From contig JBKJLC010000197.1 of assembly GCA_046597055.1 (NCBI GenBank), positions 1 to 48,071 on the forward strand: a stretch of DNA of 48,071 bases. Reading direction: 5' to 3'. This document shows positions 8,223 to 16,620 of this stretch, piece by piece (the stretch's first letter is position 1; each line of letters starts with the position of its first letter). This stretch comes from Kofleriaceae bacterium (lineage in GTDB: Bacteria > Myxococcota_A > Polyangia > Haliangiales > Haliangiaceae). The notes below the pieces were generated by a model. It was not told the origin of the DNA and ran no database searches. It saw nothing but the letters and a program-made list of their open reading frames with translations. The translations under genes were made by a program, and so were the position numbers.

Positions 8223-10502
8223 CTACGGCTTGACCGCGAGCGCGGCGGCCGCGTCGGGCAGGGTCAGCTCGGCCAGGGTGTCCGCAAACCGGACCTTCGC
8301 CAGCATCAGCTTCTCCTGGTTGTCGACGATGTCGATCGTCGTCTTCTGCACCCGGTTCGAGATGTCCTTCATCTTGTCCTGCAGGTTGCGCTGCAGGTCG
8401 GTCGCGCTCTTCACCTTCTTGAGCGACACGATCTGGTCCTGCAGCTCGTTCATGCGATCGCGGTACTCGACCAGGCGCTCGCGCAGGCTGGTGATCTTCT
8501 CGCCGGTGTCGGCGACCTCACGGTGGATGCCAAGCAGGCTCTCGAGCTGCTTCCTGAGCGCCGGGCCCGGGTGGGCGCTGGCCACGAACACCTTCATCAG
8601 GTCGAGCGTGGTCGGCGACCCGAGATCGAGGGTGCGGTTCATCGGGGTGGCCTCCGCGATCTCGACCACCTTGGTCTCGCCGGCCTTCAGCTGGATCTCG
8701 TAGAGGTGGGCGTCGCCGATGCGCTCGTAGACCTCCGGGCTGGTGATCGTCATCCAGCCCTTGGCGGTGGTGTGGCGGACGTAGACCTTGGTCGCCTTGT
8801 GCAGGCGGCTGGTCAAGGTCAGCTTGGTCCGCTTGATGTGCTGGACCTCGGCGGTCAGCACGCCGCGCTGCAAGGTGATCAGCCGGGACACCTGGTTCTC
8901 GGTGGCGTCGTCCTTGTCGATCACGACCTGACGATCGAGCGCGAACGGGACCACCACGTTGGCGCGCGGCGGGATGGGCTCGGTCAGGCCCTCGCCGATG
9001 TAGCGACCGTCCCCGTAGACGGTGACCGGCCCGGTCTCGAGCGTCGAGTCGGTCGGGTTCTTGAGCCGGACTGCCTTGAAGGCGAACCGGCTGTTGCCGC
9101 GCTCGCTCTCGGCGTCGTAGAGGTACACCTCCTCGCCATCGGTCTCGCTGCGCACCATCGACACCATCACGCTGGTGCCGCGCGCCACCGTCATCGGGAT
9201 CTCCGACTGGAAGTGGCTCTCGCCGACCGGCGCCTCGCCGCTCGCGTCGGGCGGCTGGCCGGGGGTGGTGGCGGCGCCCTCGGTCGGCGACGCCTCGGCG
9301 AGCATGCGGACGCCGGGTCGCTGGCCGGCGACGATGCCGCGGTTGACCACCCGGACCTGCGCGGGCGGCACGCCGGCATCGATCAGCTGGTTGCGGACCA
9401 GGTTGGCGCGGTCGAGGGCGCGCTGCTCGCTGCCGGGCTCTCCGGCGTCGCCGTAGCCCTCGATCACGACGTTCTGCCGGCTCTGGATCAGCCGCGGCGC
9501 GACCCCGAGGAGCTTCTTGTCACCATCGGCGACCCGGGCCTTGCGGTACTCGAGGTTCGGGTCGCGCGGCGGGGCCGCGGCCACCCGCGCCGGCGCCGGC
9601 TCGTTGGCGCGGGCGTCGCGCTTGGGCCGGACCGCCGTGCGCGAGCCGCGTCGAGGTCCGTCGCCGCCGACGTCGAAGCCGCGGCCGCCACCGCCACCGC
9701 TGCTGCCCTCGGACGAGCCGCTGACGCTGGCGACGTCGAGGCTCTCGTACTCCGGCGCCGGCGCCGCCGGCATGACCTCGGCCACCTTGGTCTCCTCGAC
9801 GTTCTCCGGGTGCCCGGCCGGGCGCCGGATCTCGTCGTCACCGAGCTCGGCAACCATGGTCGCGCCGCCCTGCTGGTGCTCGCCGCCGTACGGCGACACC
9901 GCGGTCGGCGGCGCGATCGCGAACTGCGCGTCGGACGCCAGGGTCTCGCGCTGCACCGTGCGCACGCTCCACAGGTCGTAGCGGAACGACAGGGCCGAGC
10001 TCGAGCCGACCCCGACCATCACGTCCTTCCAGTCCTCGCCCGAGGTGTTGTCGACGATCGCCCAGCCCTCGATCATCACCTTGCCGGCGTCGTTCATCGC
10101 GATGCGGTACGACGGCTTCCACACCGGCGCCTCGGTCACGTAGGTCAGCACCACGTCGGCGACCTCACCGGGCTTCTGCGCGGTTGGCACGTCGAGGACC
10201 ATGTCCAGGAACGGACCACCCTCGGCCTGCTGGCGCGGGAAGCTGACCGGCAGCGGCTTGCCCGAGTGGGCTTCGACCACGGTGAGCGACTTGAGGAAGT
10301 CGTCGACCCGGTCGCGCGGGACGCTGATGGTGAGCTTGCCGCCGGTCACCTGGGCGCGACGCTCGTAGTAGGCGACCCCGTTGCGGTAGACGACCACGCG
10401 GCCGAGTGAGACTTGATCGACCTTCACGAAGGTCTTGTGCTGGGTGTGACCGCAGGCGGCGAGCGCGGCGGCAAACAGAGTCGTGGCCAGGAGCTTGCGC
10501 AT
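8223..10502 (-). CDS. DUF4139/DUF4140-type lipoprotein with an inserted OmpA-C-like segment and a C-terminal coiled coil
   Basis: LAAC lipobox; RVVVYRNGVAYYER, WKPSYR and GWAIVDNTSGEDW motifs; VVIEGYGD...RALDRANLVRNQLIDAGV OmpA-like segment; GGAGGG RBS before ATG 10502. Confidence 0.8.
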   Translation of the reverse strand: MRKLLATTLFAAALAACGHTQHKTFVKVDQVSLGRVVVYRNGVAYYERRAQVTGGKLTISVPRDRVDDFLKSLTVVEAHSGKPLPVSFPRQQAEGGPFLDMVLDVPTAQKPGEVADVVLTYVTEAPVWKPSYRIAMNDAGKVMIEGWAIVDNTSGEDWKDVMVGVGSSSALSFRYDLWSVRTVQRETLASDAQFAIAPPTAVSPYGGEHQQGGATMVAELGDDEIRRPAGHPENVEETKVAEVMPAAPAPEYESLDVASVSGSSEGSSGGGGGRGFDVGGDGPRRGSRTAVRPKRDARANEPAPARVAAAPPRDPNLEYRKARVADGDKKLLGVAPRLIQSRQNVVIEGYGDAGEPGSEQRALDRANLVRNQLIDAGVPPAQVRVVNRGIVAGQRPGVRMLAEASPTEGAATTPGQPPDASGEAPVGESHFQSEIPMTVARGTSVMVSMVRSETDGEEVYLYDAESERGNSRFAFKAVRLKNPTDSTLETGPVTVYGDGRYIGEGLTEPIPPRANVVVPFALDRQVVIDKDDATENQVSRLITLQRGVLTAEVQHIKRTKLTLTSRLHKATKVYVRHTTAKGWMTITSPEVYERIGDAHLYEIQLKAGETKVVEIAEATPMNRTLDLGSPTTLDLMKVFVASAHPGPALRKQLESLLGIHREVADTGEKITSLRERLVEYRDRMNELQDQIVSLKKVKSATDLQRNLQDKMKDISNRVQKTTIDIVDNQEKLMLAKVRFADTLAELTLPDAAAALAVKP

Positions 10503-10625
10503 GATCCCTCCGCGCACGCGGCGAATGGCCGGCCCCTCCCCGGGGCAACGAGCCGGCCGGACGAGTTCGAAGGTCCGGGGCGCGTGCGATCGTTCGCGGT
10601 GAGACGCACCACCGCGGAACCAGGT

Positions 10626-11627
10626 CTACCGGCGGCGCGGTTTCTTCCCAGGGACCGGCGCGGTGCCGGTGTCGGTCGCGGCCGGAAGCGCGGGCGCGAC
10701 CGGGGCCGATTCTCGAGCCGCCGCGCGGGCTTCCACCTTGCGGTCCTCGAGCGCCTCCAGCGTCCTCGGCCAGTCGGCCTTGAGCAGCCGCGACAGGCCG
10801 CGGTCGGCGAGCAGCTTCCCATCGGTCTGGCAGCGGGCGCAGTAGTTGGCCTCGTTGTCGGCGTAGACGATGCGCTGGACCGGCGCCGCGCAGCGCGGGC
10901 ACGGCTGGCCGTACTTGCCGTGCACCGCCATCTCGGCGCGGAACGCGGTGACCTCGTCGGGGAAGCCGTCGCCGACCTCGGCGCGCAGCCGCTCGATCCA
11001 CGCGGTGAGGCTGGTCCGCGCGGCGAGGTGCACGCCGGCCAGCTCGTCGTCGCTCAGGGTCCGGGTCTGGCGGAACGGCGACATCTGCGCCGCCCACAGG
11101 ATCTCGTCGGAGTACGCGTTGCCGACCCCATCGATGATCGTGGGATCGGTCAGCGCCCGCTTGATCGTGTGGTTCTCGGCGCGCAGCGCGGTGATCACGT
11201 CGGGGGTCGAGCTGGTCAGGAGATCGATGCCGCCGCGGCCGTGCTCCGCCAGCGCGGCGGTGCCGCGCACCACGTGCAACGACGCCCGCTTCTTCTTGCT
11301 GGCCTCGGTGAACAGCACGCTGCCGTGATCGAAGTCGAACGCGGCCAGGCCCAGCTTGTGCGGGATCTTCACCAGGGCCGGCTTCCAGCGCAGCCGGCCC
11401 GCGATCATCAGGTGGATCACGACGTGGAGGTCGTCGTCGAAGTCGAGGACCAGCCGCTTGCCGATGCGACCGATCCCGACCACCGGCTTGCCGACCACGG
11501 CCGACACCGGCGGATCCACCGAGCGCAGCAGGAACGGGCTGGCGATGCGCAGCGCGCGCAGGGGACGGCCGACCGTGTACGCCGCCAGTCGCTCGGCGTA
11601 GATCGTGATGTCCGGCAGCTCGGGCAC
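10626..11627 (-). CDS. Fpg/Nei family DNA glycosylase/AP lyase
   Basis: GTG start then PELPD catalytic N-terminus; GVGNAYSDEIL H2TH motif; CPRC..CARCQ zinc finger. Confidence 0.92.
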   Translation of the reverse strand: MPELPDITIYAERLAAYTVGRPLRALRIASPFLLRSVDPPVSAVVGKPVVGIGRIGKRLVLDFDDDLHVVIHLMIAGRLRWKPALVKIPHKLGLAAFDFDHGSVLFTEASKKKRASLHVVRGTAALAEHGRGGIDLLTSSTPDVITALRAENHTIKRALTDPTIIDGVGNAYSDEILWAAQMSPFRQTRTLSDDELAGVHLAARTSLTAWIERLRAEVGDGFPDEVTAFRAEMAVHGKYGQPCPRCAAPVQRIVYADNEANYCARCQTDGKLLADRGLSRLLKADWPRTLEALEDRKVEARAAARESAPVAPALPAATDTGTAPVPGKKPRRR

Positions 11628-11659
11628 GGAGCCTCGATCGTAGCCCGGATCGGCCGACG

Positions 11660-12832
11660 CTACCGGTCGTCGGGGCGGGCGCGCAGGACGACGATCTTGA
11701 GGTAGTCGGCCTCGGCGAAGCCGACCGGGTGGTCGGGCTCGGGCGGCAGGTCGGCGATCACCTCGAAGCGCTCGCGGCGGTCCGACACCACGTCGAGGAA
11801 CTGGCGGCGGGTCACCCGCGAGGTGCAGCAGCACAGCACCAGCTGACCGCCGGGCGCGACCAGGCTGGCTGCGTGGTGGTGCAGGCGCCGGTAGGCGGCG
11901 AGGACCTGGGGCACCTGCTCCTTGCGCGAGGTCATGCTCGGCGGGTCGACGATGACCAGATCGTAGCGGACGTCGCGGACCGGGGGCCGCCAGCCGAACG
12001 CGTCGGCGACCACGAACGCGTGGCGGGCCGGGTCGCGCACGTGGTGGCGGGCCGCCAGCGCCAGCGCGTCGGCCGAGCGATCGACGTGGGTGACGTGGGC
12101 GGCGCCGGCCTGCTCGCAGGCCAGGCCGAGCCCGCCGGTGTAGGCGAACAGGTTCAGCACCCGGGCGCCGGCCAGGGGCGCGGCGGCCAGCCAGCGGCGC
12201 AGCCCGCGCAGGTCGAGGAAGCTGCCGCTCTTCTGTCCGGATCGCGGACGAGCGTACAGGGCCAGCGGCCCCTCGCGGAACGGCGCCTCGTCGAGCGGGT
12301 CGCCGGCGAGGATGCGCGGTGCGTCGGCGGTGCCGAACCGGCGGTGGCCGGCCCGCATCACCAGCGCGGTGGCGCCGACCGCGCGCATGACCCGGGCCCC
12401 GACCAGCCGCGCGACCGCGTCGAAGCCGGCCGCGTAGACCTGGACCACCACCGCGGCGCCGAACACGTCGACCACGACCGCCGGGACCTCGTCGCTCTCG
12501 CCGTGAATGGCGCGGAAGCCGTCGGTCTCGACCCGCAGCGGGGCCCGGCGGGCCAGCGCGGCGTCGACCCGGGCCGCGAACGCGGCCCCCTGCGGGCGCT
12601 CGGGACCGCGCCCGACCAGGCGGATCGCGACCGCGCCCTCGGCGGCATGGACCCCGTACCCGACCACCCGGTTGTCGCCGTCGTAGAGCGCGAGCCACTG
12701 CCCGTCGGGCAGGGCCTGGGCCGCCGACGACACCAGCCCGCGGAAGATCCAGGGATGACCGCGCTCGAGCACCATCACCGCGCGCTTCGACAGCTGGTAG
12801 CGGACCGGGCGCAGCAGCAGCGGCGGGGTCAC
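11660..12832 (-). CDS. class I SAM-dependent rRNA methyltransferase (RlmI-like)
   Basis: GHPWIF PUA-like start; HGESD, GQKSGSFLD, VLNLFAYTGG, IVDPPS and YLK motifs; GTGA overlap with the upstream gene. Confidence 0.85.
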   Translation of the reverse strand: MTPPLLLRPVRYQLSKRAVMVLERGHPWIFRGLVSSAAQALPDGQWLALYDGDNRVVGYGVHAAEGAVAIRLVGRGPERPQGAAFAARVDAALARRAPLRVETDGFRAIHGESDEVPAVVVDVFGAAVVVQVYAAGFDAVARLVGARVMRAVGATALVMRAGHRRFGTADAPRILAGDPLDEAPFREGPLALYARPRSGQKSGSFLDLRGLRRWLAAAPLAGARVLNLFAYTGGLGLACEQAGAAHVTHVDRSADALALAARHHVRDPARHAFVVADAFGWRPPVRDVRYDLVIVDPPSMTSRKEQVPQVLAAYRRLHHHAASLVAPGGQLVLCCCTSRVTRRQFLDVVSDRRERFEVIADLPPEPDHPVGFAEADYLKIVVLRARPDDR

Positions 12833-14805
12833 GAGGCCACCGCCCGCGCCAGGGTCCAGCCCGCGGCCGCGGCCGCGCGCTCGACGAAGCCGGGATCGAC
12901 GACCAGCGCCTTGCCCAGCGCGACCAGCTCGCAGCGCCCGGCGGCGACCACCGCGTCGACGTCGGCCGGGGTCGCGGTCGCGTCCTCGACGATGGTCGCG
13001 ATCCCGAGCTCGTTGCGCAGGCGGTCGGCGAGCGGGGCCGCGTCGAGCCCGCGCCCGGTCGCCCGCACCTCGGCGCGACCGTCGCGACGGACCTCACCCG
13101 GCGACACGATGACCACGTCGACCCCGGCCGCGGCCAGGTGCGCGAGCCAGTGCGCCAGCGCCGCGTCGTCGGGGCCGCGCTGCACGCGCACCCCGAGTGG
13201 CCGGCCGGCCGGCCAGGCCGCGCGCACCGCGTCGATCACGAGATCGAGCGTGGCCGCGTCGGTGTCGTGGAGCGTGCCGGCGCCGAGCTCCAGCGACAGC
13301 AGATCGAAGCCGGCGAACGCCGCCCGCTGCGCGGCGGCCGCCAGCAGGTCGGCGGTGGCGCCGGCGAGGTGGAGCCCGATCTTGGCCGGCGACTGCTCGT
13401 GGACGAACTCGACCACGCGGCGCCAGGCCACCAGCTGCTCGTCGGTCGCGATGCCCGGCCGGTCGCCGCCCGCGACCTCGGCCGACACCGCCTCGGTCAG
13501 CACCAGCCCGGTGCCGCCGGTCGCGCGCGCGCCGAGGAAGACCAGGTGCGCGTCGCCGACCACGCCGCCCGGGGCCGGGCCGACCGGCCACGGCGCCAGC
13601 GCCACCCGGTTGGGCACCCGCAGGCTGCCGAGCTGGGCCGGCGTGAACATCGGCGGTGGATCGCCGCCGATGCCGGCCTGCTCGGCCAGCAAGGTCTCGA
13701 CCGTGTGCGCGAGGTGGCGGTCGCGCTTCAGCATGCTGGCGTGGCTGACGCGCAGGCTGCGGGTCATCAGGCTGTAGGCGAACTGCGCGGGCGGCAGCCG
13801 CAGGTAGCGCTCGGCGCCCTCGAACCACTCGAGGCTGGCCTGGGCCGCGGCCTGCAGCGACTCGACCTCGGGCCGCCGCCGCATCTCGTAGTCGGCCAGC
13901 GCGGTCTCGACGTCGGGCTCGGCGATCACGGCGTCGCGCAGGGCGATCGCGTCCTCCATCGCCAGCTTGGTGCCGGACCCGATCGAGAAGTGCGCGGTGT
14001 GGGCGGCGTCGCCGACCAGCACCACGTTGCCGGCCCGCCACGACCGGTTGCGCACGGTCGGGAAGCTGCGCCAGATCGACCGGTTCTTGGTCAGGCGGTG
14101 GCCGGCGAGGTCGTCGGCGAAGACGCGCTCGAGGATCGCGATGGTCTGGTCCTCGTCGGCGCGCTCGAGCCCGGCGGCGCGCCAGGTCGCGGGCGTGCAC
14201 TCGACGATGAAGGTCGAGCCGGTCGCGCTGTAGCGGTAGGCGTGGACCCGGAACAGCCCGTGCTCGGTCTCCTTGAAGATGAAGGTGAACGCCTGGTACG
14301 GGACGGTGGTGCCGAGCCACACGAACTTGTTCGAGCGCACGTCGACCTGCGGCTGGAACTGATCCAGCCGGGCCTCGCGAACCCAGCTGGCCACGCCGTC
14401 GGCCGCGACGATCAGATCGGCGCCGGCGACCTCGTCGAGCGAGCGCACCGTGTGCTCGAAGCGCAGGTCGACGCCCAGCTCGCGCGCGCGGTCCTGGAGA
14501 ATCAACAAGAACTGCTTGCGCTCGATCCCGCAGAACCCGTGGCCGGTCGAGGTGAACACCTGACCGCGCACGTGGGTCTCGATGTCGTCCCAGCGCGCGA
14601 ACGCGCTGGTGATCGCCGCGTGGCTCACCGGATCGGCGGCGGCGAGGTGGCCGAGCGTCGCGTCGGAGAACACCACGCCGAAGCCGAAGGTGTCGTCGGC
14701 GCGGTTGCGCTCGAACACCGTCACCTGCTGGTGCGGATGCGCCAGCTTGAGCAGGATGCCGAGGTAGAGGCCAGCCGGCCCACCACCGATACACACGGTC
14801 TTCAC
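12829..14805 (-). CDS. FAD-dependent monooxygenase (salicylyl-CoA 5-hydroxylase/anthraniloyl-CoA monooxygenase type) with a degenerate OYE-like C-terminal domain
   Basis: GGGPAGLY, DTFGFGVVFSD and GDAAHTAHFSIGSGTKLAMED motifs; PPPMFTP..PNRV marks the start of the flavin-oxidoreductase domain. Confidence 0.88.
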   Translation of the reverse strand: MKTVCIGGGPAGLYLGILLKLAHPHQQVTVFERNRADDTFGFGVVFSDATLGHLAAADPVSHAAITSAFARWDDIETHVRGQVFTSTGHGFCGIERKQFLLILQDRARELGVDLRFEHTVRSLDEVAGADLIVAADGVASWVREARLDQFQPQVDVRSNKFVWLGTTVPYQAFTFIFKETEHGLFRVHAYRYSATGSTFIVECTPATWRAAGLERADEDQTIAILERVFADDLAGHRLTKNRSIWRSFPTVRNRSWRAGNVVLVGDAAHTAHFSIGSGTKLAMEDAIALRDAVIAEPDVETALADYEMRRRPEVESLQAAAQASLEWFEGAERYLRLPPAQFAYSLMTRSLRVSHASMLKRDRHLAHTVETLLAEQAGIGGDPPPMFTPAQLGSLRVPNRVALAPWPVGPAPGGVVGDAHLVFLGARATGGTGLVLTEAVSAEVAGGDRPGIATDEQLVAWRRVVEFVHEQSPAKIGLHLAGATADLLAAAAQRAAFAGFDLLSLELGAGTLHDTDAATLDLVIDAVRAAWPAGRPLGVRVQRGPDDAALAHWLAHLAAAGVDVVIVSPGEVRRDGRAEVRATGRGLDAAPLADRLRNELGIATIVEDATATPADVDAVVAAGRCELVALGKALVVDPGFVERAAAAAGWTLARAVAS

Positions 14806-14898
14806 GCGAGCACGGTACCCGATGCGCGCCGGCGTGCGGTGCCGCGCGACCGCCTCATGTGCGACGCATGCCCGCCCATCAGAATCGGCTGCTCACAG

Positions 14899-15015
14899 CC
14901 GTTCGTCCTGAGCCCGAGCGAGCGGACGCGAGCGCGGTGTCGAAGGACGTCCCCGCCCCGGTGGAGGGCGCCCGTCGACACGCGCCCCTGCGGGCGCGCG
15001 GCTCAGGGCGAACGG
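14899..15015. repeat. REP/REPIN-like intergenic palindromic element
   Basis: 16-bp terminal inverted repeats with 1 mismatch (CCGTTCGTCCTGAGCC / GGCTCAGGGCGAACGG); inner inverted repeat GTGTCGAAGG / CCGTCGACAC. Confidence 0.75.
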
Positions 15016-15045
15016 GAGAATCGCGATCGCAGCCAGGTCCGCGCG

Positions 15046-15864
15046 CTACGGAATCGACAGCGCGCGCCGGATCCAGCCCTGCTCGAGGCTCTCGGGCACC
15101 GCGTCCTCCCACAGCTCGCGCGGCCAGCGAAACGCCGACGCGAACGTCATCCACGGCTCGGGGGCGGCCCGCCCGCCGCACACCGACGAGCCACCATCGC
15201 CGCCGCGGAACCCGAGCGGGGCGGTCACCACCTCGACCTGGTACGGGTCGGCCAGCAGGTGCAGCCCGAACGCGGTCGGCACCAGGTGCCCGGTGAAGTG
15301 GCTCTCGCGCGGCATCGGGATGCCGTCGGGCCACACGTCGCCCCACCGGAACAACGTGGTCGAGCCGCCATGCACCGCGTGCTCCCACTCGTCGTCGGAC
15401 GGCAGCCGGAAGCCCTCGGCGAGCACCCGGGCCTCGACCGCGGCCAGCAGATCGTCGCCCTCGAGCTGGCCGACCCAGTCGGCGATCGAGTGCGGCTCGA
15501 TCTCGAGCAGGAACGGGTCCAGCGTCACGGTCCGCAGCGGCGCGAAGTAGTAGCCGAGCATCTCGGCGAACGGCACGGTGGCGTCGGGCTCGGCGTCGAC
15601 CGAGGCCTGCTGCGCCGCGGTCAGCCCGAGCGGGCGCGACGGATCCCAGCCCAGGGACACCGTGCCGCCGGGCACCAGCACCATGCGCACGCCGCGGACC
15701 TCGACCACCGCGACCGTGTGGCGCTGGTCCCCCTGGCAGTCGAGCTCGACGTCGACGACCTCGCCGCCGACCGCGCTGGCGACGGCCGCGGCCGCCGCGC
15801 GCCGGGCGGCGTCGTCGGAGCGATCCCAGGACTCGAGGATGAGCGCGTCGCGATCGACTGGCAT
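15046..15864 (-). CDS. FGE-sulfatase (formylglycine-generating enzyme/C-type-lectin-like) domain protein
   Basis: MVLVPGGTVSLG, FRLPSDDEWEHAVHGG..FRWGD and TAFGL motifs; start moved to ATG 15864. Confidence 0.75.
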   Translation of the reverse strand: MPVDRDALILESWDRSDDAARRAAAAAVASAVGGEVVDVELDCQGDQRHTVAVVEVRGVRMVLVPGGTVSLGWDPSRPLGLTAAQQASVDAEPDATVPFAEMLGYYFAPLRTVTLDPFLLEIEPHSIADWVGQLEGDDLLAAVEARVLAEGFRLPSDDEWEHAVHGGSTTLFRWGDVWPDGIPMPRESHFTGHLVPTAFGLHLLADPYQVEVVTAPLGFRGGDGGSSVCGGRAAPEPWMTFASAFRWPRELWEDAVPESLEQGWIRRALSIP

Positions 15865-15911
15865 CGGGGGGACGATACACCCGCGCCGGTCGCGGCTGCC
15901 GGTCGCGGCGG

Positions 15912-16505
15912 TCAGACGTCGAAGCGGCAGAACGCGATCAGCCGCCCGCGCTTGACGTACGCGATCCCGACGTCGCCGCGACCGAGCGCCGCCGCCAGCC
16001 CCGGGTGGCACTGGAGCTCCTCGCGACCGCCGCCCTCGTGCTGGAGCTCGACCGCGCGGTGGCCCTCGCGCAAGGGGCGCTCGCCGGCGCGCTCGGCCAC
16101 CACCAGCGCGACCTGCCGGCGCAGGAGCCCGCCCCGGTCGCGCCACCCGCTGCGCGCCAGCGCCGCGGCGACCGCGAACCAGCCCAGGCCGAGCACCCCG
16201 ATCACCGCGCCGGCCACGCCGACGCCGAGCACGTCGAGCGTGCGCGCGATCGCGAGCGCGCCGGTCACCACCATCACCAGCGGGAGGATCAGGTCGAGCC
16301 GCGAGGGTGCCGGCGGGCCGAACGCCATCGCGGCGGGATAGTCGGCGTGGGTCAGCACCCGATCGAGGCGGGCCCCGCCTCGGGGGTCGAGCGCGTCCTG
16401 GGCACCGGTGCCGCGCGCCAGGCGGCGCGCGGCGCCCGCCGACGCGGCGACCGTCGGCACGACGCGGCGGTCGCCGTCGGATCCGCAGTGATGGCAGTGG
16501 GTCAT
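15912..16505 (-). CDS. hypothetical membrane protein with an N-terminal CxxC and two TM helices
   Basis: MTHCHHCG start with GAGG upstream; two hydrophobic segments; short beta-rich C-terminus. Confidence 0.6.
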   Translation of the reverse strand: MTHCHHCGSDGDRRVVPTVAASAGAARRLARGTGAQDALDPRGGARLDRVLTHADYPAAMAFGPPAPSRLDLILPLVMVVTGALAIARTLDVLGVGVAGAVIGVLGLGWFAVAAALARSGWRDRGGLLRRQVALVVAERAGERPLREGHRAVELQHEGGGREELQCHPGLAAALGRGDVGIAYVKRGRLIAFCRFDV

Positions 16506-16620
16506 GGCACGTCCTCGGAGCACGCTCGGTCGACGCGAGGTCCGCACCTCGCGCAGACACGAGGGCCGTGCTGCGGTTACAGCCCTCGAACCCGCGCGCG
16601 CACCGAGGTGCGCAAACTAT

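Noticed and set aside
10626..13097. 823-aa ORF suggesting a long N-terminal fusion to Fpg
   Set aside because: Fpg needs an N-terminal Pro (PELP), so the true start is GTG 11627; the extension overlaps the methyltransferase gene
13138..16341. 1067-aa plus-strand ORF, and similar long ORFs (3649-6498, 8523-10409, 11729-13777, 16504-19038, 31847-34207)
   Set aside because: Antisense or off-frame shadows of well-supported genes; stop codons are rare at this GC content and the translations carry no motifs
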